Source: Clostridia bacterium (lineage in GTDB: Bacteria > Bacillota > Clostridia > Oscillospirales > CAG-272). From it: 61,735 bases of DNA. Positions 28,274 to 38,620 of the stretch are shown here, piece after piece (position 1 is the stretch's first letter; the number at the start of each line of letters is the position of its first letter). The notes beneath the pieces were generated by a model, which had not been told where the DNA came from, ran no database searches, and worked only from the letters and a program-made list of their open reading frames with translations. The position numbers and the translations under genes are program-made. The stretch covers positions 1 to 61,735 of the forward strand of contig JAFWPR010000005.1 in the NCBI GenBank assembly GCA_017545225.1. Direction: 5' to 3'.

Positions 28274-29239
28274 ATGAACATGGTAAAAGAAAAGATCGGC
28301 TCCGCGCCGAAGAAGAAAAAGATCGCCTCTCTCGACAAGAGAAAGGCGAGGATCGGGTGGCTCTTCGTCCTCCCGTTCATCATCGGTTTCGTCTTCATTT
28401 ATCTTCCTATTATATTTAACTCCATAAAATTCAGCTTCAACCACATTATCATTCAGACGAGCGGCGGTTACAAGCTTGAATTCGTCGGGTTCCAGAACTA
28501 CTCAGACGCGTTTATGGTCGACACCGGATTCAAGGACACGCTTCTGGCGGGCCTCGGACAGCTCGTGGTGGACATTCCCGCGATCGTGCTGTTCTCCCTG
28601 TTCATAGCGCTCATCCTGAACCAGAAGATCCTCGGACGCGCGGCGTTCAGAGCGATATTCTTCATCCCGGTCATTCTGACCACCGGTCTGATCAGTTCGA
28701 TCGACGCGAGCAACAACGACCTGCTCAACCATATGACGAACGGAAGCATCGATACGGGTACGGAGGCTGCGGGAGCCGGAATTCTGTCGGTCGAATCGCT
28801 TCAGGGCCTGTTTCAGAACATGGTCGTCGGAGGCGAATTCGTCACAACGATAGTCGGCATCGTCAACGGCATCTACGACATCGTCAACAGATGCGGCGTA
28901 CAGATGCTGATCTTCCTCGCCGGCCTGCAGTCGATCTCGCCGTCCATCTACGAGTCGTGCCAGATCGACGGCGCGAGCGGATGGGAGACTTTCTGGAAGG
29001 TCACCTTCCCGATGATCTCGCCTATCATCCTCGTCAACGTCGTCTACACGATCATCGACGCGTTTACGTCGGCGAGCAACAAGGTCATGGCTTACATCAC
29101 GACAGTCTACGACAGGCCTAACAACGGAAACGTTCTGGCGTCGGCGATGTCGTGGACGTACTTCCTGATCGTAATTGCGATAATCGCCGCCGCGGCGGGC
29201 ACCATCAGCTCCGTCGTGTTCTACCAGAGAAGAGATTGA
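28274..29239 (+). CDS. Carbohydrate ABC transporter permease (MalF-type, second)
   Basis: FVGFQNY; IYESCQIDGASGWETFWKVTFPMISP; GGAGGT RBS. Confidence 0.93.
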   Translation: MNMVKEKIGSAPKKKKIASLDKRKARIGWLFVLPFIIGFVFIYLPIIFNSIKFSFNHIIIQTSGGYKLEFVGFQNYSDAFMVDTGFKDTLLAGLGQLVVDIPAIVLFSLFIALILNQKILGRAAFRAIFFIPVILTTGLISSIDASNNDLLNHMTNGSIDTGTEAAGAGILSVESLQGLFQNMVVGGEFVTTIVGIVNGIYDIVNRCGVQMLIFLAGLQSISPSIYESCQIDGASGWETFWKVTFPMISPIILVNVVYTIIDAFTSASNKVMAYITTVYDRPNNGNVLASAMSWTYFLIVIAIIAAAAGTISSVVFYQRRD

Positions 29240-29254
29240 GGGGAGGCGAGTTGA

Positions 29255-30301
29255 ATGAATAAAACGGCTGAGACCCCGAAGGTCAAAAGAGAGACGAAAA
29301 ACAGGATCCGCGTCGATTTTGAACGCACTCCTCTTCTCGAACGCATGAGAGCGAAATTCCTGAACTTCTACACGCTCAAGAAAGTGCTGTGGTATCTGTT
29401 CAGGTTCCTGCTTCTGCTCGGCGTGTCGTTCGTCATCCTCTTCCCGTTCTTCTCGAAGATATCCGCCTCGTTCATGAGCGCGTCCGACTTCACGGACGTG
29501 ACCGTGCTGCTGATCCCGAAGAACCCGACGCTGTCGACGTACGCGGCGATCATCACGGAGAACGGATACTTCCCGGCGATGGGCAACACGTTCCTCCTGT
29601 CGCTCGTATGCGGCTTGCTTCAGACGTTCGTCTGCACGATGATAGGATACGGATTCGCTAAATTCAAATTCAAAGGCAGCAAGATACTTTTCTTCGCGGT
29701 CATCTTCACGATGGTCGTTCCGCACTCGACTCTCCGACTCGCTATGTTCATGAAGTTCAAGAACTTCGACGTTCTGTGGATCGGGACCCTCCTCAACAAG
29801 ATGGGGGTGACGGCGAACGCCGGCATCAACATGCTCAACACCAACTGGCCGCTGTGGATCCTCTCCGCGACCGGACTCGCCTTCAAGAACGGTCTGTTCA
29901 TCTTCCTGATGAGGCAGTTCTTCAAGGGCATCCCGGACGAACTCGAGGAGTCCGCGTATCTGGACGGCTCGGGCGTGTTCAAGACCTTCCTCTTCATCAT
30001 TCTGCCGAACTCGGTCACTATGATGATCACGGTCTTTATGTTCTCGTTCTGCTGGCAGTGGACTGACACGTTCTACTCGAACCTGTTCTACACCAAGTCG
30101 GGAGCGGCGCTTCTGCCGTCTATCATCAAGACGCCCGCATCGCTCTCCGAGATCGTCAGCAAGACTGCCGGAAGCAGTCTGTACTCCTCGGCGATCACGA
30201 ATACCTGCGGACTGCTCATCATCTTCCCGCTCATCATACTCTACCTCTTCGGTCAGAAGTATATCGTGCAGGGTATCGAGCGTTCCGGTATAACGGGTTA
30301 A
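29255..30301 (+). CDS. Carbohydrate ABC transporter permease (MalG-type, second)
   Basis: RQFFKGIPDELEESAYLDG; QKYIVQGIERSGITG. Confidence 0.95.
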   Translation: MNKTAETPKVKRETKNRIRVDFERTPLLERMRAKFLNFYTLKKVLWYLFRFLLLLGVSFVILFPFFSKISASFMSASDFTDVTVLLIPKNPTLSTYAAIITENGYFPAMGNTFLLSLVCGLLQTFVCTMIGYGFAKFKFKGSKILFFAVIFTMVVPHSTLRLAMFMKFKNFDVLWIGTLLNKMGVTANAGINMLNTNWPLWILSATGLAFKNGLFIFLMRQFFKGIPDELEESAYLDGSGVFKTFLFIILPNSVTMMITVFMFSFCWQWTDTFYSNLFYTKSGAALLPSIIKTPASLSEIVSKTAGSSLYSSAITNTCGLLIIFPLIILYLFGQKYIVQGIERSGITG

Positions 30302-30533
30302 ACACACGGCGGGCGCATTAAGCGCAGACCGAAAAAGCACGAGTTAAAAACGATTTAAAAAATGCGAAAATCCGTAGTTTTCATCTTCTTTAAGGTAAAA
30401 ATCCTACGGATTTTTGCATTCTATGTGCTTTTTCTATCGCCGTTTTTCCCCTCGGCGTATGCCAATACGCCTGACGGGGAAAGAACGACGATTCTGCATC
30501 TTAATGCGTCCGCCGACTTATACGGGGGTAAAA

Positions 30534-31370
30534 ATGACGGAAGGTTTTGCCGCGAAAGCGGTGCGCGGGAAATTCAGACGCGAGCTGTGGGGGCCGTTCA
30601 TCACGGCGCTGAAGGAGTACGAACTCCTGAAAGAGGGCGATCGCGTCGCGGTCTGCCTGTCGGGCGGAAAGGATTCCGCCCTTCTCGGCGTGCTCATGGA
30701 CGAGCTTCACCGCCACAGCGATTTCCCGTTCGGCGTCGAATATATCACGATGGACCCGGGGTACGCCCCGGAGAACCGGGCGAAACTCGAGGAAAACGCA
30801 AAGGTCCTCGGGCTGCCCCTGCGCGTCTTCGAGACGAATGTCTTCCGCGTCGCGTCGAGGCAGGAGAAGTCACCGTGCTACCTTTGCGCGCGCATGAGGC
30901 GCGGTCATCTTTACAACTTCGCGCGCGAGCTCGGGTGCAACAAGATCGCGCTCGGTCACCACATGACGGACGCCGCAGTGACGGTCCTGATGGGCATGAT
31001 ATGGGGCTCGCAGATCTCCGGGATGCTCCCGAGACTTAAGAGCACGAATTTCGAGGGAATGGAGCTGATACGCCCGCTCATCCGGATCAAAGAGGATGAT
31101 ATCGTGCGCTGGGCGAAGTACTGCGGGCTCGAGTTCCTCGGCTGCGCGTGCTCGATGACGGCGGACGACGGACGGTATTCCTCGCGGAGGGCGTGGACGA
31201 AGGAACTGATGCGCTCCCTCGAGGAGGACTGCCCCGATATCGAGATAAACCTCTTCAACAGCACGAAGAACGTGATGCTCGACACGCTGACGGGATATAA
31301 GGAACACGGGACGGAGCACACGTTTCTCGAGAGGTTCGCGGAGGGTTCTTTTAGCACTCCCGACGAATGA
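30534..31370 (+). CDS. ttcA: tRNA 2-thiocytidine biosynthesis TtcA-family PP-loop protein
   Basis: SGGKDS, CYLCARMRRG, ALGHH, LIRPL, GCAC. Confidence 0.85.
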   Translation: MTEGFAAKAVRGKFRRELWGPFITALKEYELLKEGDRVAVCLSGGKDSALLGVLMDELHRHSDFPFGVEYITMDPGYAPENRAKLEENAKVLGLPLRVFETNVFRVASRQEKSPCYLCARMRRGHLYNFARELGCNKIALGHHMTDAAVTVLMGMIWGSQISGMLPRLKSTNFEGMELIRPLIRIKEDDIVRWAKYCGLEFLGCACSMTADDGRYSSRRAWTKELMRSLEEDCPDIEINLFNSTKNVMLDTLTGYKEHGTEHTFLERFAEGSFSTPDE

Positions 31371-31443
31371 ATGCGAGAAAAACGTAAAAATTGCTCAAAA
31401 CCGGTATCAATTGTTAAATAAATGTAAACCTTGAAAAAACCTC

Positions 31444-31472
31444 TTGATTTTTGGATAAGTCGGGACTAAAAT
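31444..31472 (+). promoter_or_regulatory. sigma-A promoter of groESL
   Basis: TTGATT-17-TAAAAT. Confidence 0.75.
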
Positions 31473-31485
31473 AATAGAGTAAAGA

Positions 31486-31512
31486 TTGGCACTCAGCAAT
31501 GCTGAGTGCTAA
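31486..31512. promoter_or_regulatory. CIRCE element (HrcA operator)
   Basis: TTGGCACTC-N9-GAGTGCTAA, one mismatch to consensus, upstream of groES. Confidence 0.93.
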
Positions 31513-31560
31513 ATTATCAAAAATAAAGCGCGAAAGCGCATAACGGAGGAGGTCATTCAA

Positions 31561-31845
31561 ATGACTATCAAACCTTTGGCTGACAGAGTCGTCGTCAAGA
31601 CGATTGAAGCGGAAGAAAAAACGACCGGCGGGATCGTTCTCCCGGGCAAGGCGCAGGAGAAGCCGCAGATCGCGGAAGTTGTCGCCGTAGGCCCCGGCGG
31701 GACCGTCGACGGTAAAGAGGTCGTCATGACCGTCAAGGTCGGCGATCGCGTTATCACGAGCAAGTATTCAGGTACCGACGTGAAGTGCGACGGCGAGGAA
31801 TACTCGATCGTAAAACAGAGCGATATACTCGCCATCGTCGAGTGA
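31561..31845 (+). CDS. groES: Co-chaperonin GroES
   Basis: IKPLADRVVV, TTGGIVLP, VAVGPG. Confidence 0.98.
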   Translation: MTIKPLADRVVVKTIEAEEKTTGGIVLPGKAQEKPQIAEVVAVGPGGTVDGKEVVMTVKVGDRVITSKYSGTDVKCDGEEYSIVKQSDILAIVE

Positions 31846-31870
31846 CGGCGGGCGGATGAAAGGAGACTGA

Positions 31871-33514
<1,644 letters not shown>

Positions 33515-33516
33515 AC

Positions 33517-33737
33517 TATGATCGCCTCCGGCGAGCATAGTTGAGTTATGATCGCCTCCGGCGAGCATAGTTGAGTTATGATCGCCTCCGGCGAGTTATG
33601 AGTTATGATTTGCTTCGCAAAGTTATGAGTTGCCTTCGGCAACGTTGATTATTACGAGGCGATCATATCATAACTTTCGCCGGAGGCGAAATCATATCGT
33701 CCGGCGTCAGCCGGACTCATAACTCTAAACTCATAAC
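33517..33737. repeat. 30-bp tandem repeat and AGTTATG/CATAACT heptamer fold-back
   Basis: TATGATCGCCTCCGGCGAGCATAGTTGAGT about 2.6 copies from 33517. AGTTATG units follow, then inverted CATAACT and TCGCCGGAGGCGA units. Confidence 0.85.
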
Positions 33738-33757
33738 AAGACGGAGCGGTATGAAAA

Positions 33758-34108
33758 ATGAGCGACAGTATTCTTCGGACAAAGTCAAAAGATTTTGCCA
33801 AAGCAATTATAGTTCTTTGCAGAGAACTGAAAGAAAAACGCGTCGAGGCGGATCTTGTCAATCAGCTTCTTCGAAGCGGGACTTCAATAGGCGCAAACGT
33901 CTACGAAGCGCAGTATGCGCAGGGAACAAAAGATTTTATATCAAAACTTGAAATTGCGCTGAAAGAATGTAATGAAAGCGCGTATTGGCTTGAATTGCTT
34001 TATGAAACCGGCTCCGTTTCAAAAGATTCTTTTGACCTGTATCAAAACAAATGCGTTGAATTGCGCAGGATGCTTGTCTCGTCCGTAACTACTCTCAAAA
34101 ACAAATAA
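33758..34108 (+). CDS. Four helix bundle protein (23S rRNA IVP-like, TIGR02436 type)
   Basis: KSKDFA, QLLRSGTSIGANVYEA, DFISKLEIALKECNESAYWLELL. Lower GC than its neighbours. Confidence 0.93.
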   Translation: MSDSILRTKSKDFAKAIIVLCRELKEKRVEADLVNQLLRSGTSIGANVYEAQYAQGTKDFISKLEIALKECNESAYWLELLYETGSVSKDSFDLYQNKCVELRRMLVSSVTTLKNK

Positions 34109-34116
34109 GTATTAAC

Positions 34117-34152
34117 AATCCCCTTGCGTAAATAAGTCGCAAGGGGATTTTT
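34117..34152 (+). terminator. Intrinsic terminator
   Basis: AATCCCCTTGCG...CGCAAGGGGATT-TTT. Confidence 0.75.
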
Positions 34153-34155
34153 GTG

Positions 34156-34191
34156 AAAAAAGCGCCGCTTCCCGATTTCGGGAAGCGGCGC
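34156..34191 (-). terminator. Intrinsic terminator of the small minus-strand gene
   Basis: AAAAAA-GCGCCGCTTCCCG-ATTT-CGGGAAGCGGCGC. Confidence 0.75.
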
Positions 34192-34204
34192 GCGTTATTC
34201 GGTT

Positions 34205-34375
34205 TTACCGGGGGTATTCGTCGTCGTCGGGGAAGTTTTTGTCGAGCGCATCCTCGTTCTGATCTTCGGCGTCAAACTCGCCGCTCATGATCATATATCC
34301 GAGTAATTCTTCGCCTGCGTCGACCTTGCCGTCGCCGTTAAAATCAAACGGTTCGAATTTGAAATCGTCTCCCAT
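34205..34375 (-). CDS. Small acidic protein with DxNxDG (EF-hand-like) motif
   Basis: GGAGGG RBS; MGDDFKFEPFDFNGDGKVDAGEE; dedicated terminator downstream. Confidence 0.65.
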   Translation of the reverse strand: MGDDFKFEPFDFNGDGKVDAGEELLGYMIMSGEFDAEDQNEDALDKNFPDDDEYPR

Positions 34376-34579
34376 AAGCTCACCCTCCATTAATCCGTTA
34401 CCGGAAACTCTCTGTCGGACTTGCCTCTGTACTTTTATTATATCACTATCTTTTCTTTTTTGCAAATAATTCGTTCGACAAGATTCCCCCCGCCTTAAAC
34501 TTATGGCTCTTTATTGAAAACCCCGCCTTTTATATGTTATTATTAACTTAGGGTAACTAAAAATAATACGGAGGGAGTC

Positions 34580-36559
34580 ATGAAAAAACTGCTTTCCGCA
34601 ATACTTGTCGTCGTCATGGCCGCGGCGTCCGCCTCGTTCGCCGTTTCGGCCGAGGACGAATTCGTCATCACGGACGGCGTGCTGGAAAAATACAACGGCA
34701 CCGCGGCGGAGGTCGTCATTCCCGACGGCGTGATCGCTCTGGGCGATCTCGCCTTCGACGGTAATTCCGCCGTCGAAAAGATCTACGTGTCCGACACAGT
34801 CGGGACCGTCGGATATTCGACGTTCCGCAGCTGCGCGAACCTGACGGAGCTTCACCTCGGTTCTTCGGTGAACAAGCTCGGCGACAACGCCATTTGGAAG
34901 TCGTACAAGCTGACCGTCATAACGGTTGACGAGGACAATCCTTACCTCACCGCCGCGGACAACGTGGTTTACTCGAAGGACCTCACCGCTCTCGTTCTCT
35001 TCCCCGGCGGGTATTCGGGCGAATTCGTCATTCCCGATCACGTCACGAAGATCAGCGACTACTCGTTCTTCGGCTGCGAAAACGTCACTTCCCTCATCAT
35101 CCCCGACAGCGTCACGGAGATCGGAAGTCACGCATTCTGGGGACTCTCCGGGATTGAGAGCATCGACCTCCCGGACGGGATCACGAAGATCGCGGAGAAA
35201 ACCTTCTGCGAATGTACCTCCCTGAAGTCCCTGTATATCCCCGACGGGGTGAAATCGATCGAATTCCGCTCGATATGGGATTGTACGGCTCTTGAAACGG
35301 TCCACCTTCCCGATTCCCTCGTCACCCTCGGAGAAGACGCGTTTTACAACTGTCCCCTGACGTCGGTCACCATCCCCGCGGGGACCGAAACCGTCGCCAA
35401 GAGGGCGTTCGTCCAGTGCAAGTCCCTCGAAAAGATCATATTCGAGGGCGACGCTCCGTCGAACACGGACAAGCAGCTGGCGTTCAAGTGCAGCAAAGCG
35501 AAGATCTACTATAACGAAAACGCTTCGGGCTTTGACGGCGAGTCGTTTGCGGGTTACGGCAAGGTGACTTTTTCCGACTGCGAAACGGGTCACTATTATC
35601 AGTACGTCTCGCCCTGCGATACCGAAGACGTCCCCTGCGGCGGCTTCCTGAAAGACCTTTACGCGTGCGCCGGGTGCGGGAAAGAGATGCTCAAAACCAC
35701 CGACGCGGTGCGGGAGCACGAGATCGTCCGCCGCGACGCGAAGGCTCCCACCTGTACCGAACCGGGCAATTACGAGTATGACGAGTGCCTCAACTGCGAC
35801 TATACGACTTACGTACAGATCCCAGTCACGGATCACGATTATCAGGCGACCGTCCGCGAGGCGACCTGCACGGAGCGGGGGTATACGGAATACACGTGCT
35901 CCGTCTGCGGGCACAGCTATGTGGAGTACACGGAACCGTCCGGCCATGATTTCGGAGAGGACGGCTCTTCCGAGACCTGCTCAATATGTGGAGAGAAAAA
36001 TCCCGACTACGCGCCGACGCCGCAGACCGTTTTTACCGACGTGAAGCCGGACGCCTTTTACGCCGAGGCGGTGGGGTGGGCTCTCGCAAAGGGCATAACG
36101 AAAGGAACGAGCGATACCGCGTTCTCCCCCGAAGAAGGGTGCACGAGAGCGCAGGTCGTCACGTTCCTGTGGCGCGCGGCGGGCGAGCCCGAGCCCGCGG
36201 CGGCAAACAATCCGTTCGGAGACGTCGGCGCGAAGGATTATTACTTCAAAGCGGTACTGTGGGCTGTGGAGAAGAACGTGACGACCGGGACCTCCCCGAC
36301 TGCGTTCAGCCCGTCGGAGACCTGCACGAGAGCGCAGATCGTGACGTTCCTTTGGAGGTATAACGGCGCTCCCGAGCCCGAAAGCGGCCGGAATCCCTTC
36401 ACCGACGTGAAGAGGTCGGAGTATTTCCGTAAAGCGGTGCTGTGGGCGGTGGAAAACGGGATCACCCTTGGTACATCTGCCACGGAATTCAGTCCCTCCG
36501 ACGTCTGCACAAGAGGCCAGGTGGTCACGTTCCTGTATCGATCGTTTCGGGTTCAATGA
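34580..36559 (+). CDS. Surface protein: BspA-type LRR + Cys/His-rich repeats + three SLH domains
   Basis: Signal peptide; IPDSVTEIGSHAF-type LRRs; PTCTEPG / ATCTERG repeats; three TRAQ/TRGQVVTFL SLH motifs. Confidence 0.92.
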   Translation: MKKLLSAILVVVMAAASASFAVSAEDEFVITDGVLEKYNGTAAEVVIPDGVIALGDLAFDGNSAVEKIYVSDTVGTVGYSTFRSCANLTELHLGSSVNKLGDNAIWKSYKLTVITVDEDNPYLTAADNVVYSKDLTALVLFPGGYSGEFVIPDHVTKISDYSFFGCENVTSLIIPDSVTEIGSHAFWGLSGIESIDLPDGITKIAEKTFCECTSLKSLYIPDGVKSIEFRSIWDCTALETVHLPDSLVTLGEDAFYNCPLTSVTIPAGTETVAKRAFVQCKSLEKIIFEGDAPSNTDKQLAFKCSKAKIYYNENASGFDGESFAGYGKVTFSDCETGHYYQYVSPCDTEDVPCGGFLKDLYACAGCGKEMLKTTDAVREHEIVRRDAKAPTCTEPGNYEYDECLNCDYTTYVQIPVTDHDYQATVREATCTERGYTEYTCSVCGHSYVEYTEPSGHDFGEDGSSETCSICGEKNPDYAPTPQTVFTDVKPDAFYAEAVGWALAKGITKGTSDTAFSPEEGCTRAQVVTFLWRAAGEPEPAAANNPFGDVGAKDYYFKAVLWAVEKNVTTGTSPTAFSPSETCTRAQIVTFLWRYNGAPEPESGRNPFTDVKRSEYFRKAVLWAVENGITLGTSATEFSPSDVCTRGQVVTFLYRSFRVQ

Positions 36560-36568
36560 GAAATGAAT

Positions 36569-36794
36569 GCGAGGGGACTTTTTGAAAAAAGTCCCCTCGC
36601 GCTCCTTCAAAAACTTTTCCGAAAATAGCCGCGAAATACTTCGCGGCTTGGGTTTTTTATGGGGCGAAGTTCTCTCCTCGCCTCTGACGGGAAGCGGAAA
36701 ACAAAGACAAGACGAAAAGCACGGGCGCGGAGTATTCCGCGCCCTGATTATAAAAGTTTTGGGGGTGTGGGGGACTTTTTCAAAAGTCCCCCGC
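36569..36794. repeat. Inverted pair of REP-like hairpins (REPIN-like)
   Basis: GCGAGGGGACTTTTTGAAAAAAGTCCCCTCGC...CAAAAACTTTT and its inverted counterpart AAAAGTTTTGGGGGTGTGGGGGACTTTTTCAAAAGTCCCCCGC. Confidence 0.75.
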
Positions 36795-36798
36795 GTTC

Positions 36799-37599
36799 TT
36801 ATCTGATCTTGTATTTCAATCTGAGATTATCCGCTATCATCGCGATGAACTCCGAATTCGTCGGTTTTCCGCGGCTGTTCTGGATGGTGTAGCCGAAGTA
36901 GGAGTTCAGCGTATCCACGTCGCCGCGGTCCCACGCCACCTCGATCGCGTGGCGGATCGCGCGTTCCACGCGCGAGGTCGTCGTGCTGTACTGTTTGGCG
37001 ACGGAGGGATAGAGGACTTTCGTCACCGAATTGATTATATTGCTGTCGGAGACGGTCATCATGATCGCGGTGCGGAGGTACTGGTAACCCTTGATATGGG
37101 CGGGGACGCCGATCTGATGGATGATCTTCGTCACCTGCGTCTCGATATCGACGCCGTCCGGCGCCGTACCGTTCGCTCCGCCGTTCGCACCGCTCACGGC
37201 GGGCGCGCGGTCTCTCGAAATACCGCGGTTTTTCAGAATCGTCTCGATCGAGTCGGCGAGGGCGGCGCAGTCGACCGGTTTCGTCATGCACACCTCCGCG
37301 CCGGCGCGGTTGGCTTCCATAAACAGTTTCTGGCTCGGCGTCGGGGAGATCAGAATGAACGACGGCGGCGTGCCGCCCGCCTCCCGGCACCGCCTTATCA
37401 GCCCGACGCCGTCGATCCGGTCGAGCCAGGCGTCGCAAACGACGACGTCGAACTGCCCCGTTCTGACGGAGGAGAGCGCTTCGTCTCCCGTCGCCGCCTC
37501 GCTCACCGCGCCGATCCCCCTTTTCACGATATAGTCCCTGCACGTTTTTCTGACTTCCGCGTTTTCGTCCGCTATAAGTATTTTGACGGATCTCATCAT
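36799..37599 (-). CDS. spo0A: Sporulation transcription factor Spo0A
   Basis: Receiver domain plus [43 protein letters not shown]. Confidence 0.97.
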   Translation of the reverse strand: MMRSVKILIADENAEVRKTCRDYIVKRGIGAVSEAATGDEALSSVRTGQFDVVVCDAWLDRIDGVGLIRRCREAGGTPPSFILISPTPSQKLFMEANRAGAEVCMTKPVDCAALADSIETILKNRGISRDRAPAVSGANGGANGTAPDGVDIETQVTKIIHQIGVPAHIKGYQYLRTAIMMTVSDSNIINSVTKVLYPSVAKQYSTTTSRVERAIRHAIEVAWDRGDVDTLNSYFGYTIQNSRGKPTNSEFIAMIADNLRLKYKIR

Positions 37600-37758
37600 T
37601 TTTCGATGTCCTTCCTTTCTCACGTTCTCACGTTTGCATCCATATTTTACCATATCTGCCAATTCATTTCAAGTATCACCCCCGCGAAATAATCAACAAA
37701 AAATCGAGCGGGAAATTGGTAAAAAATGACAATTATGGAAATTACAGAAAAGAAGCGC

Positions 37759-37785
37759 AAAAAAACCGCACCACGGAGGTGCGGT
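37759..37785 (-). terminator. Intrinsic terminator
   Basis: A-run then ACCGCACC-ACGGA-GGTGCGGT. Confidence 0.65.
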
Positions 37786-37821
37786 GATCTTTGATCTAAC
37801 GGTCGTGTTTTACCGGCTTTT

Positions 37822-38328
37822 TCAGTCGAAGAACCGATGCGACGTAATGAACTTCCCGTTCTTCGTCTCGACGATCCCGTAGGACGCGCGCCAGCCGGCT
37901 CCTGCCGAACCCGGGTTGAAAAAGCGGATCCTCTTTCCGGACGGACTTTCCTCCCACCCGTCGAACGGGTCGTGGGTGTGACCGTAGAGGACGAGGTCGG
38001 CTCCGATCTCTTCCGCGTGCGCGGCGAGCGCCGACATTCCGAACTTAACGCGGTATTTATGACCGTGACAGCAGAGGATGCGAACGCCGTCCGGGGATAT
38101 CACCGTCTCGTCGGGGACGTCCGCCCACAGGCGCCGCTCGAAAAACTGCTCGCCGTTTCCGATCACCATCGCCGTCGCGATACCGTCGAGCAGATCTCCG
38201 ACGCGCCCCATGTCTGAGAGCCCGTCGCCGAGGTGGATCGCGAGATCGACGGTCCCTTTGTGCTCTCTCAGGGCGGATGCGAGATATTTCGGGTTGCCGT
38301 GCGAATCGGAGAAAACGAGTATCTTCAT
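37822..38328 (-). CDS. YfcE/MJ0936-family metallophosphoesterase
   Basis: FSDSHG, HLGDG, GNGE, HGH, GHTH, NPGS. Confidence 0.92.
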   Translation of the reverse strand: MKILVFSDSHGNPKYLASALREHKGTVDLAIHLGDGLSDMGRVGDLLDGIATAMVIGNGEQFFERRLWADVPDETVISPDGVRILCCHGHKYRVKFGMSALAAHAEEIGADLVLYGHTHDPFDGWEESPSGKRIRFFNPGSAGAGWRASYGIVETKNGKFITSHRFFD

Positions 38329-38342
38329 CGGGCGTTCCTTTC

Positions 38343-38368
38343 ACTTTATCGGGTCGTTTTCATATAAT
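38343..38368 (+). promoter_or_regulatory. Possible mother-cell (sigma-K/E) promoter
   Basis: AC-16 nt-CATATAAT upstream of three small genes. Confidence 0.4.
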
Positions 38369-38382
38369 GAATATGCGAGGGG

Positions 38383-38607
38383 GTGACGGAATTGAAATTT
38401 GACAGAAAAACGGTCGATATGCTCGCCGGGATGCCGGACGAAAAGCTCGGCGCGCTCGCTTCTCTGCTTGCCGCGTCGAAAGGGCTCACGCGCGACGGCG
38501 GGATAAAGCCCGATTCGGCGCGCAAACTCAAAGAAGTAATGAGAAACCTGAGCGACGCGGACGTCGACCGGATAAACGAACTTATCGAGATCTACAAAAA
38601 CAACTGA
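38383..38607 (+). CDS. Small hypothetical protein
   Basis: GAGGGG RBS, GTG start; helical; first of a three-gene run. Confidence 0.65.
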   Translation: MTELKFDRKTVDMLAGMPDEKLGALASLLAASKGLTRDGGIKPDSARKLKEVMRNLSDADVDRINELIEIYKNN

Positions 38608-38620
38608 AAGGAGAGAGACG

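Noticed and set aside
18009-30301. Missing ABC ATPase as a sign of a broken transporter
   Set aside because: Firmicutes CUT1 systems commonly share an MsmK/MsmX-type ATPase encoded elsewhere.
33517-33610. 30-bp repeats as a CRISPR array
   Set aside because: The units are head-to-tail with no unique spacers, and no cas genes are present.
33758-34108. Diversity-generating retroelement (Avd-like gene)
   Set aside because: No reverse transcriptase or TR/VR repeat pair is visible in the window.
36799-37599. Atypical Spo0A receiver (ADEN, CDAWL)
   Set aside because: The phospho-acceptor Asp, the Ser and the Lys are retained, so this is not enough to call it inactive.
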